Shown: piece after piece, positions 21,911-30,481 of the stretch | How positions within the stretch are numbered: position 1 is the stretch's first letter | Layout: each line of letters begins with the position of its first letter | Origin: an uncultured bacterium | Lineage (GTDB): Bacteria; Oederibacteriota; Oederibacteriia; Oederibacteriales; Oederibacteriaceae | NCBI GenBank assembly: GCA_965112635.1 | Contig: OZ218778.1 | Coordinates: 224,001-288,000, forward strand | Length of the DNA: 64,000 nucleotides | Direction: 5' to 3' | Notes under the pieces: generated by a model | Told to the model about the DNA's origin: nothing | What the model saw: the letters and a program-made list of their open reading frames with translations, nothing else | The model's database searches: none | Program-made: the position numbers and the translations under genes

Positions 21911-22861
21911 TCAGCTTCCGTGCTCGTCCAGCCAGCGCAAGAGCTGGCTGATGCTTCCGGTCGCCAGGCTGATGTTGGTATCCGCCGCGCCGTAGTAAAG
22001 ATTAATGGTATCCTTGTCGGCCCCCAGCGTGTATCCGCAGGGGAACACCACATTGGCCACATCGCCATGGCGCTCGTAGTCGGCCTCAGGACTAAAGATC
22101 CAGGAGTCGCCGCGCTTCAGGCATTGGTCCGGCTTGTCGAGCGCCAAGAGCGCCGCGCCCAGGCGGTAGATACACCCGGCCGCCGTTTGCCGGACCCCGT
22201 GATAAAGCATCAGCCAACCCCGGGAAGTCTCGATCAAAGGCGGAGAAAGCCCGATCTTGTTGGCGTCCCACCAGGCTCCTTTACGCGCCTTGAGGACGGG
22301 CTTATGGTCTCCCCAGTTCTGCAGGTCAGGCGAGTAGGAGATCCAGATGTCCGCCTGCGAGTAGGTCGTCGGGCGGTGGATGAGCGCGTAACTGCCGTTG
22401 ATCCTGCGCGGCAGCAGAGTCGCGTCTTTGTCTTCCGGCTGCATGATCACGCCATAACGCTTGAAAACGCGGAAATCCTGCGTCTCGGCCAGTACCACGG
22501 CCGGGCCGCTTTTGCTGTAAGCGGTATACGCGACCATATAACTGCCGGACTCCTCAAAGTAGGTGATCCGCGGGTCCTCGATCCCCCAAAGCTCCTCGGG
22601 ATAATTCTGGGGATCAGGGCTGAGCGTGGGTTTTTGGTCAACGACCCACCCGTCTATCCCGTTCTTCGAGCGCGCCGCGCACAGGTGGGAATGCCCCCGC
22701 CGGTCCTCTACCCTGCAGAGCAGAAGCGTGGTGCCGTCCAAGAGCTTGATGGCGCCGGCGTTGAACACCGTATGGGCCGGATACGGCCAGTCATCCGCCG
22801 TCAGGATTGGATTTTTTTCATGCCGTTTAAAAAGGACCTCATACCCGTGTTCCATGCTCAT
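21911..22861 (-). CDS. GH130-family glycosidase/glycoside phosphorylase
   Basis: NPIL, VFNAGA, GIEDPRI, KDATL, LYHGV, VVFPCG and YYGAAD motifs. Confidence 0.9.
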   Translation of the reverse strand: MSMEHGYEVLFKRHEKNPILTADDWPYPAHTVFNAGAIKLLDGTTLLLCRVEDRRGHSHLCAARSKNGIDGWVVDQKPTLSPDPQNYPEELWGIEDPRITYFEESGSYMVAYTAYSKSGPAVVLAETQDFRVFKRYGVIMQPEDKDATLLPRRINGSYALIHRPTTYSQADIWISYSPDLQNWGDHKPVLKARKGAWWDANKIGLSPPLIETSRGWLMLYHGVRQTAAGCIYRLGAALLALDKPDQCLKRGDSWIFSPEADYERHGDVANVVFPCGYTLGADKDTINLYYGAADTNISLATGSISQLLRWLDEHGS

Positions 22862-25116
22862 GGTTTTTTCCCCCGTCTGACAGTTTTTTCGCTGACAACG
22901 CCGATCCCGCCGCTGGAGTACATTTCCGCGAGCGCCAGCAGGAACGAGAGCGTGGACTCCGCGCCCTGGTTCGCGTTCACGGTGTCGCTATGGAGCCCGT
23001 CGCAGCAGCCGCCGGTCGATGGGTCGTAAAGTGATTGCTGCAAATGATTTTCCCCCAGCATCCAGTTAAAAGCCCGCCGCGCCTGCTTCGTCCACTGGCC
23101 GTCTCCGGTGACCCGCCCTGCCTCCAGGCAGGCCGAGACCATGCCGCAGGCTTCCACGGGCTGCTGGTCAAAAGCGGCCTTGGGCCCGCCCCGGCTGTAG
23201 AAGCCGTTCGAACCGACCGGCGCGAAAGTATCATCCCCGGAGCGCTGCACGGAGACCAGCCACCCCAGCGATCTCAAGCCCGCTTCCTTCATGATTTCAT
23301 CCCCCATCAGGTTCCCGGATACGAGGAGCGCCTGGGATAACCGCGCGTTGCAGTAGGTCACGCGGTCCTCGAACCAGGGCCAGTCGCTGGTGCTGGTCCG
23401 CTGAAAAAGTCCCAGGAGACGCTCCGCCAGGGTTTTTCTCACCGACTGGATGCCGCTGTCCCCCTGGAACGCGCGAAGGTATTCGTCGATCCCTAAAAGC
23501 GCGTACGCCCAGGCGCGCGGGCTGGAAAAACCCTGGACCGCGGGTAAAGCCGCGTAAAACAAGCTGCTACTGAGGCTCTGTTGTCCGGGATCGCTGGCGC
23601 GGCCGACCACGCTTCCCAGCGCCCAAAGGGCCCGGCCATGGCTTTCTTCGGAGCCGCATTCTTCGGCCCACTGCCGGGAATAGGTGAGGAAGTTACGGAA
23701 CCGGCCCTTTTCCGCGTTGAACGCGTTATTGACAAAGGCCAGATAACGGGAGGCCAGAGGAGTCACCTCTTTGGCCGTGACCGTGCCCGCGTCCTCCAGG
23801 AGCGTCATCAGGAGCAAGGCGCGCGCGTTGTCGTCAAGGCAGTAGCCGTCCTGGTACCGCGGGATGCTGAAGGCGGCGTGCTGCAATACTCCTGTCCCGT
23901 CCGTCATCAGCCGGAGGTGCTCTAGGTTGATCTCCGGAAGGTCAGCCGGCTGTTCCGCCAGCGTCCTGGCCTGGAACACCGTGCGCCGCCGGTCCGCTTG
24001 CCCGGATACGGCGCGTTCAAAACTCTTTAGATAGCTGGCCGCGACGCTGGGCCACAGCATTTCGCGGCCCAGGCTGGCGGCGCGCTGGCGCATGGCCAGC
24101 CGTTTCGCGTCATTACCCAGAAGGTCGTTGACGGCGTCCGCGATAGCCTTGGAGTCTTTCAAGGGGACCAGGACCCCGACGCCGTCGCGGAGCAGCTCCT
24201 GGGCGTGCCAGTAAGGAGTGGAGATGACCGCCCTGCCGGAACCCAGAGCGTAGGCCAGGGTCCCCGAGGTGGTTTGTTCCATATTAAGATAGGGCGTCAC
24301 GTAGATGTCCGTCGCGGATAGGAATTCCACGAGCTCGGCCTGGCTCACGAAGCGGTTATGAAAAATGATATTGGCGTCCACGCCCAGCCGCTGGGCGCGG
24401 TTTTCCAGCCCCAGCCGGTAGATCTCGCCGTGATGCTCTTTGACGTGGGGGTGGGTGGCTCCCAGCACGATGTAGACCGTGTCCGGATGCCGCCCCAGGA
24501 TGGCCGGCAGGGCTTCGATGACATACTCGATCCCCTTGTCCGGCGAGAGCAGTCCGAACGTAAGGAGCACGGATCTGCCCGCCACGCCGAGCTTGTCCTT
24601 GCTGAGGGAGTCGAACGGCACGGCCGGTATCCCGTGGGGGATCAAGTCGATCTTGTGGTCCGGGACCCCGTAGACCTTTCGGAGCGTCGCGGCGCCGCGC
24701 TCGGTCATGACCACGAGGCGCTCGGAAACCTGGACGAGTTCTTCCATCACGGCACGCTGGGGTTCATTGGGTTCGCTGAGCAGCGTGTGCAGGGTCGTGA
24801 CGACCGGCATCCGCAGCTCCCGGAGAAGCACCAGCAAATGGCTGCCGGCCTTGCCTCCGAAGATCCCGTATTCGTGCTGGACGCAGAGGACATCCACGGC
24901 GTTGACGTTCAAAAAATCCGCCGCCCGCCGGTACGAGGCGATATCGCTCTCGGTGATCTCGAAACGGACGCGGCCGGAGTAATCATAACGCCGGTCGGCG
25001 TCGTTCATGGCCAGCACGAACAGGTCTTTTTCAGGGGATTGGGCCGCGACGGCCTCAGAGAGGTCACCAGTGAAAGTGGCGATACCGCACAGGCGCGGGA
25101 CATAACTGCCCAGCAT
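22858..25116 (-). CDS. Glycosyltransferase family 4 fused to C-terminal (alpha/alpha)6-like domain; true start possibly upstream at ATC 25158 or 25170
   Basis: PRLCGIATF, QHEYGIFGG, FGLLSPDKG and SGTLAYA motifs. The C-domain has YCLDDNAR, DQQPVEA and NQGAEST. Overlaps the GH130 start by 4 bp. Confidence 0.9.
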   Translation of the reverse strand: MLGSYVPRLCGIATFTGDLSEAVAAQSPEKDLFVLAMNDADRRYDYSGRVRFEITESDIASYRRAADFLNVNAVDVLCVQHEYGIFGGKAGSHLLVLLRELRMPVVTTLHTLLSEPNEPQRAVMEELVQVSERLVVMTERGAATLRKVYGVPDHKIDLIPHGIPAVPFDSLSKDKLGVAGRSVLLTFGLLSPDKGIEYVIEALPAILGRHPDTVYIVLGATHPHVKEHHGEIYRLGLENRAQRLGVDANIIFHNRFVSQAELVEFLSATDIYVTPYLNMEQTTSGTLAYALGSGRAVISTPYWHAQELLRDGVGVLVPLKDSKAIADAVNDLLGNDAKRLAMRQRAASLGREMLWPSVAASYLKSFERAVSGQADRRRTVFQARTLAEQPADLPEINLEHLRLMTDGTGVLQHAAFSIPRYQDGYCLDDNARALLLMTLLEDAGTVTAKEVTPLASRYLAFVNNAFNAEKGRFRNFLTYSRQWAEECGSEESHGRALWALGSVVGRASDPGQQSLSSSLFYAALPAVQGFSSPRAWAYALLGIDEYLRAFQGDSGIQSVRKTLAERLLGLFQRTSTSDWPWFEDRVTYCNARLSQALLVSGNLMGDEIMKEAGLRSLGWLVSVQRSGDDTFAPVGSNGFYSRGGPKAAFDQQPVEACGMVSACLEAGRVTGDGQWTKQARRAFNWMLGENHLQQSLYDPSTGGCCDGLHSDTVNANQGAESTLSFLLALAEMYSSGGIGVVSEKTVRRGKKP

Positions 25117-25334
25117 GGCGATCTTGCGGACTGCCTTTGGCGCGGTAAGGTTTTCGATAACTCCTCCGATGGCGCGCTCCTCGCTAAAGCAAGCGGAGAC
25201 AGCGTCACTTCTAATGTATCACCGAATCGCGGGTGGAATATCACGATCTTCAGTCCCCGCCCTAGAGTCCGCGAGAAATAGACATTCCATTAGATTTATC
25301 AGTTGTCCTAATGGCAGTATTTGAAAGGACGGAT

Positions 25335-25613
25335 TCATTTATATATTTCTCTTCTGTGCCCAATATCAATAATAATGACCAACAGCACATCGGATTTGAT
25401 CATATAAATGATCCGATAACTCCCTACCCGGTAGGAATACTGACCTTTTAAATCCCCATGAAGGGGCTTGCCCAGATACGGTTCCCTTTCCAGGCCGTGA
25501 AGAGCATTGCTGATCCTTTCATAAAGCGGCCTGTCTCGTTTTGCAAGCTTCTTATAAAATTTTTCTGCATCTTCCTGCAGGACAACAGTGTATTTATTCA
25601 ATTTCTTTTTCAA
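25335..25613 (-). CDS. Type II toxin, RelE/ParE family
   Basis: 92 aa with GKPLHGDLKG.YSYRVGSYRIIY...IGHRREIY; overlaps the antitoxin gene. Confidence 0.92.
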   Translation of the reverse strand: MKKKLNKYTVVLQEDAEKFYKKLAKRDRPLYERISNALHGLEREPYLGKPLHGDLKGQYSYRVGSYRIIYMIKSDVLLVIIIDIGHRREIYK

Positions 25614-25860
25614 TCTCCTCTAATGGACGCACCTTGCCTTTCTTCACATTTTCCAGTCCCGCTTTAATTCTTTTCATGGCACTGCGGTCATTCAAAATAT
25701 CAAGGGTTTCCATCAAGGATTCATAATCCTCATAGCTCATAATTTCAGCCACAGGTTTGCCGTGGTTCGTGACCGTGACCCTTTCCAATTTATGGTCTAT
25801 CTTCTTAAGAACGCCGGGCAAGGTTTGCCTCAATTCCCTGACGCTCAAAACATTATTCAT
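25594..25860 (-). CDS. Type II antitoxin, Phd/YefM family
   Basis: VTVTNHGKPVAEIMSYEDYESLMETLDIL. RBS GAGGAGG lies upstream of ATG at 25860. Confidence 0.92.
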   Translation of the reverse strand: MNNVLSVRELRQTLPGVLKKIDHKLERVTVTNHGKPVAEIMSYEDYESLMETLDILNDRSAMKRIKAGLENVKKGKVRPLEEIEKEIE

Positions 25861-25921
25861 CTGCAACACCTCCTCATTATGAAAATTTTATGTTAAGTAT
25901 AGCAGGAAAAGGGTTAATTTG

Positions 25922-25940
25922 GTACACAGATGTGTACACA
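25922..25940. promoter_or_regulatory. TA operator: overlapping palindromes GTACACA-GA-TGTGTAC and TGTGTACACA
   Basis: Lies upstream of the antitoxin. The TGTACA core matches the known YefM-type operator core. Confidence 0.65.
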
Positions 25941-25972
25941 TTAGGCAAAGGTGTTCTGCCGAAAGTGCTTTT

Positions 25973-26096
25973 CGACATAAATACGCAAGTAAGGAAACGC
26001 ATTATTATAACTGGGCTTGCGCTTGTTTTGTCGTAAAGCTATTACGACATAAACACCCTTGAGTGGAAACGCATATTAAAATCTGCAAGGGTGTTT
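25973..26096. repeat. Two tandem related hairpin units downstream of hypE
   Basis: Both units begin CGACATAAA and contain GGAAACGCAT. Each is closed by an inverted repeat, e.g. AAACACCCTTG...CAAGGGTGTTT. Confidence 0.55.
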
Positions 26097-27144
26097 AGCA
26101 GATCCTCGGCAGTTGGTCTCCGCTGAGCATGTCCAGGATCCTTCTCACGCCGATTTTGCTCTCCAGCGTGACCTGGCCCTTGGCGGCATCCAAAACCTTT
26201 CCCACCACAGCCGCTTCTTTACCAAGAGGATGGGCCCTCATCAAGTTAAGGGCTTTTTTCTCGTCTTTTTCCGGCACAAACAAGGCAAACCTGCCCTCAT
26301 TGGCCACATACAAGGGATCCAGCCCCAGCATTTCACAGGCCGCCTGCACTTGATTGTTTACTGGGATGGCCTTTTCTTCCAGGGCTATTTCCCTGCCAGA
26401 GGCCTGGGCTATCTCCACCATTGTCGTAGCCAATCCGCCCCGGGTCAGGTCGCGCAAACAATGGACCTCGACCTCGGCCTTTAAGAGCTCCAGCACCAGG
26501 CCGGACAAGGGAGCGCAGTCGCTCTGGATGGTGGTTTCAAAATTCAACCCTTCCCGGCTGGCCATGATGGCCATGCCGTGCCTGCCCAAATCTCCGTTGA
26601 TGAGGATCTTGTCTCCGGGTTTGATGCTTTTGGGATGGATAACCAGCTTGTGGTCTATGGCTCCCACCCCGGCGGTATTGATATACACGCCGTCCCCCTT
26701 GCCTTTGTCCACCACTTTGGTGTCACCGGTCACGACCTGCACTCCGGCCTCTTCGGCTGTTTTGGCCAGGGACTGGACGATTTGCCACAAGGTTTCCATG
26801 GCCAAACCTTCTTCCAATATAAAGGAAGCGGAAAGATAGAGCGGCCTGGCCCCGCACATGGCCAGATCATTGACCGTGCCGCACACAGCCAGCTTGCCTA
26901 TATCCCCGCCGGGGAAAAATAAAGGTTTGACCACGAATGAGTCCGAAGTGAAGGCCAGTTTTTCCCGTGTCGTGGGGAACACCGCGCTGTCGTGCCCTGC
27001 TCCAGGCAGGTCATTTTTAAAGGCGGGCAAAAACATTTTTTCGATGAGCTGGTGCATGAGTTTGCCGCCGCTGCCGTGGCCCAGGGTCACGACCGGATAT
27101 TGGGCTATGGGGATGGGGCAGGTCAGATTAAATTCTTTAGGCAT
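26095..27144 (-). CDS. hypE: Hydrogenase maturation protein HypE
   Basis: [36 protein letters not shown] and C-terminal LPRIC. RBS AAGGAG precedes 27144. Confidence 0.97.
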   Translation of the reverse strand: MPKEFNLTCPIPIAQYPVVTLGHGSGGKLMHQLIEKMFLPAFKNDLPGAGHDSAVFPTTREKLAFTSDSFVVKPLFFPGGDIGKLAVCGTVNDLAMCGARPLYLSASFILEEGLAMETLWQIVQSLAKTAEEAGVQVVTGDTKVVDKGKGDGVYINTAGVGAIDHKLVIHPKSIKPGDKILINGDLGRHGMAIMASREGLNFETTIQSDCAPLSGLVLELLKAEVEVHCLRDLTRGGLATTMVEIAQASGREIALEEKAIPVNNQVQAACEMLGLDPLYVANEGRFALFVPEKDEKKALNLMRAHPLGKEAAVVGKVLDAAKGQVTLESKIGVRRILDMLSGDQLPRIC

Positions 27145-27166
27145 AAATATGCTCCTTAAAAATTGT

Positions 27167-27236
27167 GTCCAAAGTCTCAAGTCCAATGTCCAAAGTTTTT
27201 GTGTAACTTTGAACTTTAAACTTTGAACTCGGAACT
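27167..27236. repeat. Heptamer-periodic imperfect inverted repeat between hypD and hypE
   Basis: GTCCAAA GTCTCAA GTCCAAT GTCCAAA ... ACTTTGA ACTTTAA ACTTTGA ACTCGGA. Confidence 0.7.
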
Positions 27237-27249
27237 ATCATTACTCCAA

Positions 27250-28335
27250 TCAATGCTTCCTATAGTTGTAATAAGCTGCGCAGGCGCCCTCAGGCGACAC
27301 CATCGGCGCACCCAGCGGCGTTTCCGGAGTGCAACGCGTGGCAAAAGCCGTGCATTCCTTGGGTTTTTTGATGCCCTGCAGGACCAGACCGCTGATACAC
27401 TCGGGGTCTTCGCTCACCGCCAGGTCTTGGAGGTCAAACTTTTTTTCCGCGTCATAGGCCGCATACTGGGGCCGCAGACCTAGGCCGCTCAAGGGGATCT
27501 CTCCGATACCGCGCCATTTGCGCGGTACGATCTGAAAAACTTCCTTGATGAGTGTCTGGGCAGGTAGATTGCCCTGCCTCTGGACACTGCGGGTATATTG
27601 ATTCTCCACTTTGGCTTCGCCTTTTTCCAGTTGAGCGATGCATAGATACAGCCCCTCTAAAATATCCACTGGTTCGAACCCCGTGACCACGATGGGAACT
27701 TTGAATTTCGCCGCCAGCGGTTCATACTCGGTATAACCCATGACCGTGCACACATGGCCCGCGGCCAGGAAGCCGTTGATCCTTTGGTTCGGGGAACTCA
27801 GGATCGCCTCCATGGCCGGCGGCACCAACACATGAGAGACCAGAATGGAAAAGTTCTTTATCCCCTGTTCCTTGGCCTGGAAAACCGCCATGGCATTGGC
27901 CGGCGCCGTAGTCTCAAACCCCACGGCAAAAAACACCACCTGTTTCCCTGGGTTTTCCCGGGCCAGCTGGAGACAATCCAGGGGTGAATACACCATGCGC
28001 ACATCCCCGCCCTGGGCCTTGGCCAACAACAGGTTCTCTTTGGTCCCGGGCACGCGCATCATATCGCCGAAAGAGCAAAAGATGATGTCAGGCCGATGGG
28101 CCAGCTGGATGGCCTTATCGATGAGCTCGACGGGTGTCACGCACACCGGACATCCCGGGCCGTGGATCAGGGTGATCCCCTTGGGCAACAGCTCATCCAC
28201 TCCGTACTTGACGATGGAATGCGTCTGTCCGCCGCACAGTTCCATGATGTTCCAGGGCTTGGTGGTTATCTTCTGGATAAGTCCGGCGATATGGCGGGCT
28301 TGTTCCGGGTCACGGTATTCGTCGATAAATTTCAA
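27250..28335 (-). CDS. hypD: Hydrogenase maturation protein HypD
   Basis: [24 protein letters not shown] and [13 protein letters not shown] motifs. Confidence 0.97.
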   Translation of the reverse strand: MKFIDEYRDPEQARHIAGLIQKITTKPWNIMELCGGQTHSIVKYGVDELLPKGITLIHGPGCPVCVTPVELIDKAIQLAHRPDIIFCSFGDMMRVPGTKENLLLAKAQGGDVRMVYSPLDCLQLARENPGKQVVFFAVGFETTAPANAMAVFQAKEQGIKNFSILVSHVLVPPAMEAILSSPNQRINGFLAAGHVCTVMGYTEYEPLAAKFKVPIVVTGFEPVDILEGLYLCIAQLEKGEAKVENQYTRSVQRQGNLPAQTLIKEVFQIVPRKWRGIGEIPLSGLGLRPQYAAYDAEKKFDLQDLAVSEDPECISGLVLQGIKKPKECTAFATRCTPETPLGAPMVSPEGACAAYYNYRKH

Positions 28336-28577
28336 CCAATGCCTTCCCTTCCCAGGGCATCCATCTCACGAAAAGCTTCGTAGACTTTGGCCGCTTCTTT
28401 TTCATCCAACCGGCTGATGGCAAAACCCACATGCACATACACATAGTCGCCGACCTTAGCCTCAGGCACATAGGCCAGGCAGGCCTCTTTGATCACGCCT
28501 TCGTAACTCACTTTGCCCATACGGGTCTGGGCGTTCTCTTCAATGCTAATGATCTTACCGGGTATGGCTAAACACAT
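28332..28577 (-). CDS. hypC: Hydrogenase chaperone HypC
   Basis: MCLAIPG N-terminus and VHVGFAI. Confidence 0.97.
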   Translation of the reverse strand: MCLAIPGKIISIEENAQTRMGKVSYEGVIKEACLAYVPEAKVGDYVYVHVGFAISRLDEKEAAKVYEAFREMDALGREGIG

Positions 28578-28815
28578 AATTAAATACCTCCCAGACCAGC
28601 TTGCAAATTTTCAACATACTTTCCCTCTAAAGCTGGTCTTTATCGTAAAGTGCTTTCAACAACCTTATTATTATCATTATTTCACGAATCATTAGTCCGG
28701 GCAACCGCTTCAAGTATTATCTGATGAGACTTTTTCGGCGGACTAATGAGGTTGACTTTCCCCTCTGGGCTTGTTAGCTTTTTTTTGCACTGGGCAACAG
28801 CCCAGCCCGGAGCGC

Positions 28816-28845
28816 CATGCTCATGCATGCGTGCTTTAGCACGAG
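28816..28845. repeat. REP-like double palindrome; copy of the element at 21605
   Basis: CATGCTCATGCATGCGTGCTTTAGCACGAG matches 21605-21634 at 26 of 30 positions. Confidence 0.65.
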
Positions 28846-28877
28846 CCAAAGGATCATTCTTGGCAAGCGAAGGTGCA

Positions 28878-28917
28878 GTTCGTATGCTATTCTATAAAAA
28901 ATTAATAGCATACGAAC
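28878..28917. promoter_or_regulatory. Perfect 14-bp inverted repeat GTTCGTATGCTATT-N12-AATAGCATACGAAC upstream of the beta-barrel/nikR genes
   Basis: Read directly from the sequence. It could be an operator or an RNA hairpin. Confidence 0.5.
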
Positions 28918-28969
28918 CAGCATCAATTATTCAATTTTTTGTAAAGAACTTTAAATTAGGAGGAAATAA

Positions 28970-29894
28970 ATGTTCCCCTCCAAAGTCTATCTATTCATTT
29001 TCACACTGCTCCTATTATCCTTGACCAATCAGGGCCTGTGCCATGTGATACCCACTACTCCTAATGATGACTGGAATCCAGTTTCCACCGGCCCCATCAA
29101 CACCTGGACCGCTTCCCTGGAACCCGCCGGGGAACTTAACACTCAGCTCTTTGTTTTTTACACCATGACCACGGGATTTTATGACGGGGCGGGAAAGTTC
29201 TGGTCATTGCCGGATAACACCACCAAGACCCAGTTCCAGGAGCAGCTGTTCCTCCAATATGCTATCAACCCTATGTTTGAAATGGATGCCCAACTTTCCA
29301 CTTTTCAAAATACGCTCAAGGTCGGCGACCAGACTTCCTATTATAGTGGCCCGGGTGACTCGATCTTCTTTTTGCGTTATGCCATCGCCACCGAAACTCA
29401 TCCTTACCCCTTCCTGACCGGCGTACTCCAGCTCAGGGTTCCCTCGGGCAATTTTCTTAACCAAACCTCCACCCTAAGGACTTCTGATCTCACCGGCACG
29501 GGAAGCGTGGGCAGTGGGTATGGGGTTGATGGCCACCAAAAAACTCAAACCATTCTTGCTGCATACCGACCTCATCTACAATGTACCCTTACAGACCCAG
29601 ACCAATATCACTTCTATTAACTACGGCGACTCCGTGAATTATGACCTGGGTGCCGAATACTTTATGTCCTACGGATTTAACCTGTCCATGGAGATGAATT
29701 ATATCTACGAGGCCACTGGCAGTATTTATGGCTTATTCACTCCCGGCGTTTCGGGTAACTACCTCATGCTGACCCCGGGACTAGGCTGGGCCGTAAAAAA
29801 TACCCAGTTACTACTCGGCTATCAATGGGGACTCTATGGCGTCAACACCGATGCCCTAAGTTCCTATGTCTTTACCGCCTCGGCTCCGTTCTAA
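28970..29894 (+). pseudogene. Outer-membrane beta-barrel transporter-like protein (phenol meta-pathway/MetA-like); frameshift near 29507 (probably a sequencing error)
   Basis: RBS AGGAGG and a signal peptide; GPGDS...LRVPSG...TGTGS. Removing one base gives GTGSWAVGMGLMATKK and joins ORF 29514-29894, which ends in Phe. Confidence 0.7.
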
Positions 29895-29932
29895 AAAAAC
29901 ACTCGTCGGACAAAACTTAAGGAGGCAAAATT

Positions 29933-30349
29933 ATGGCAGGTTTAGTAAGATTTGGCGTATCCCTGGAAAAAGAACTTCTCAAAAAATTTGATCGACTTAT
30001 CACCCAAAAACACTACACCAACCGCTCCGAAGCCCTGCGCGACCTCATCCGGGAAGAATTGGTCAAAGAACAATGGAACCAGGGAGACGAAGTGGCCGGC
30101 GCCATTACCCTGATCTACAACCACCACCATAGAGACCTGACCGATAAATTGACTAACATTCAACATGATTATGGAGACTGCATCCTGTCTTCCCAGCACA
30201 TCCACCTAGACCACCACCACTGCCTGGAGATCATCGCGGTCAAAGGGTCCCCCAGCCAGGCGCAAAAACTGGCCGACACCCTCCACGCGGTTAAAGGAGT
30301 CATGCATTCCAGCCTCAGCATGTCCACCACCGGCAAAGAAATACATTAA
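29933..30349 (+). CDS. nikR: Nickel-responsive transcriptional regulator NikR
   Basis: Ribbon-helix-helix VRFGVSL...NRSEALRDLIR and Ni site HIHLDHHHCLE. RBS AAGGAGG. Confidence 0.96.
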   Translation: MAGLVRFGVSLEKELLKKFDRLITQKHYTNRSEALRDLIREELVKEQWNQGDEVAGAITLIYNHHHRDLTDKLTNIQHDYGDCILSSQHIHLDHHHCLEIIAVKGSPSQAQKLADTLHAVKGVMHSSLSMSTTGKEIH

Positions 30350-30410
30350 ACCGTATTTTCACTCGTAACTCCCAGTCCATATCTCCTCAAAAATAATGAC
30401 CCTCAAACTC

Positions 30411-30456
30411 TTGACAGACCTACTCCTATGTGTTACTTTTCCAAAATTCGTGTTAC
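30411..30456 (+). promoter_or_regulatory. Sigma70 promoter overlapped by a putative NikR operator GTGTTAC-N13-GTGTTAC
   Basis: TTGACA (30411-30416), 17-nt spacer, extended -10 TG-n-TACTTT (30434-30439). GTGTTAC occurs at 30430-30436 and 30450-30456. Confidence 0.8.
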
Positions 30457-30481
30457 TAATTATACAAGAGGAGGATTTAAG

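Noticed and set aside
28700-28745. AACCGC...CTGATGA resembling a fluoride riboswitch or hammerhead core
   Set aside because: It lacks the fluoride GATGG..TTC 5' element and the hammerhead GAAA core with its stems.
28786-28877. NiCo riboswitch call
   Set aside because: A multi-stem shape is present but the conserved NiCo junction sequences cannot be matched. It is kept only as an unexplained structure.
28882-28913. E. coli-type NikR box
   Set aside because: The half-sites are similar but the spacer is 20 nt rather than 16, and the local NikR is the RGS type.
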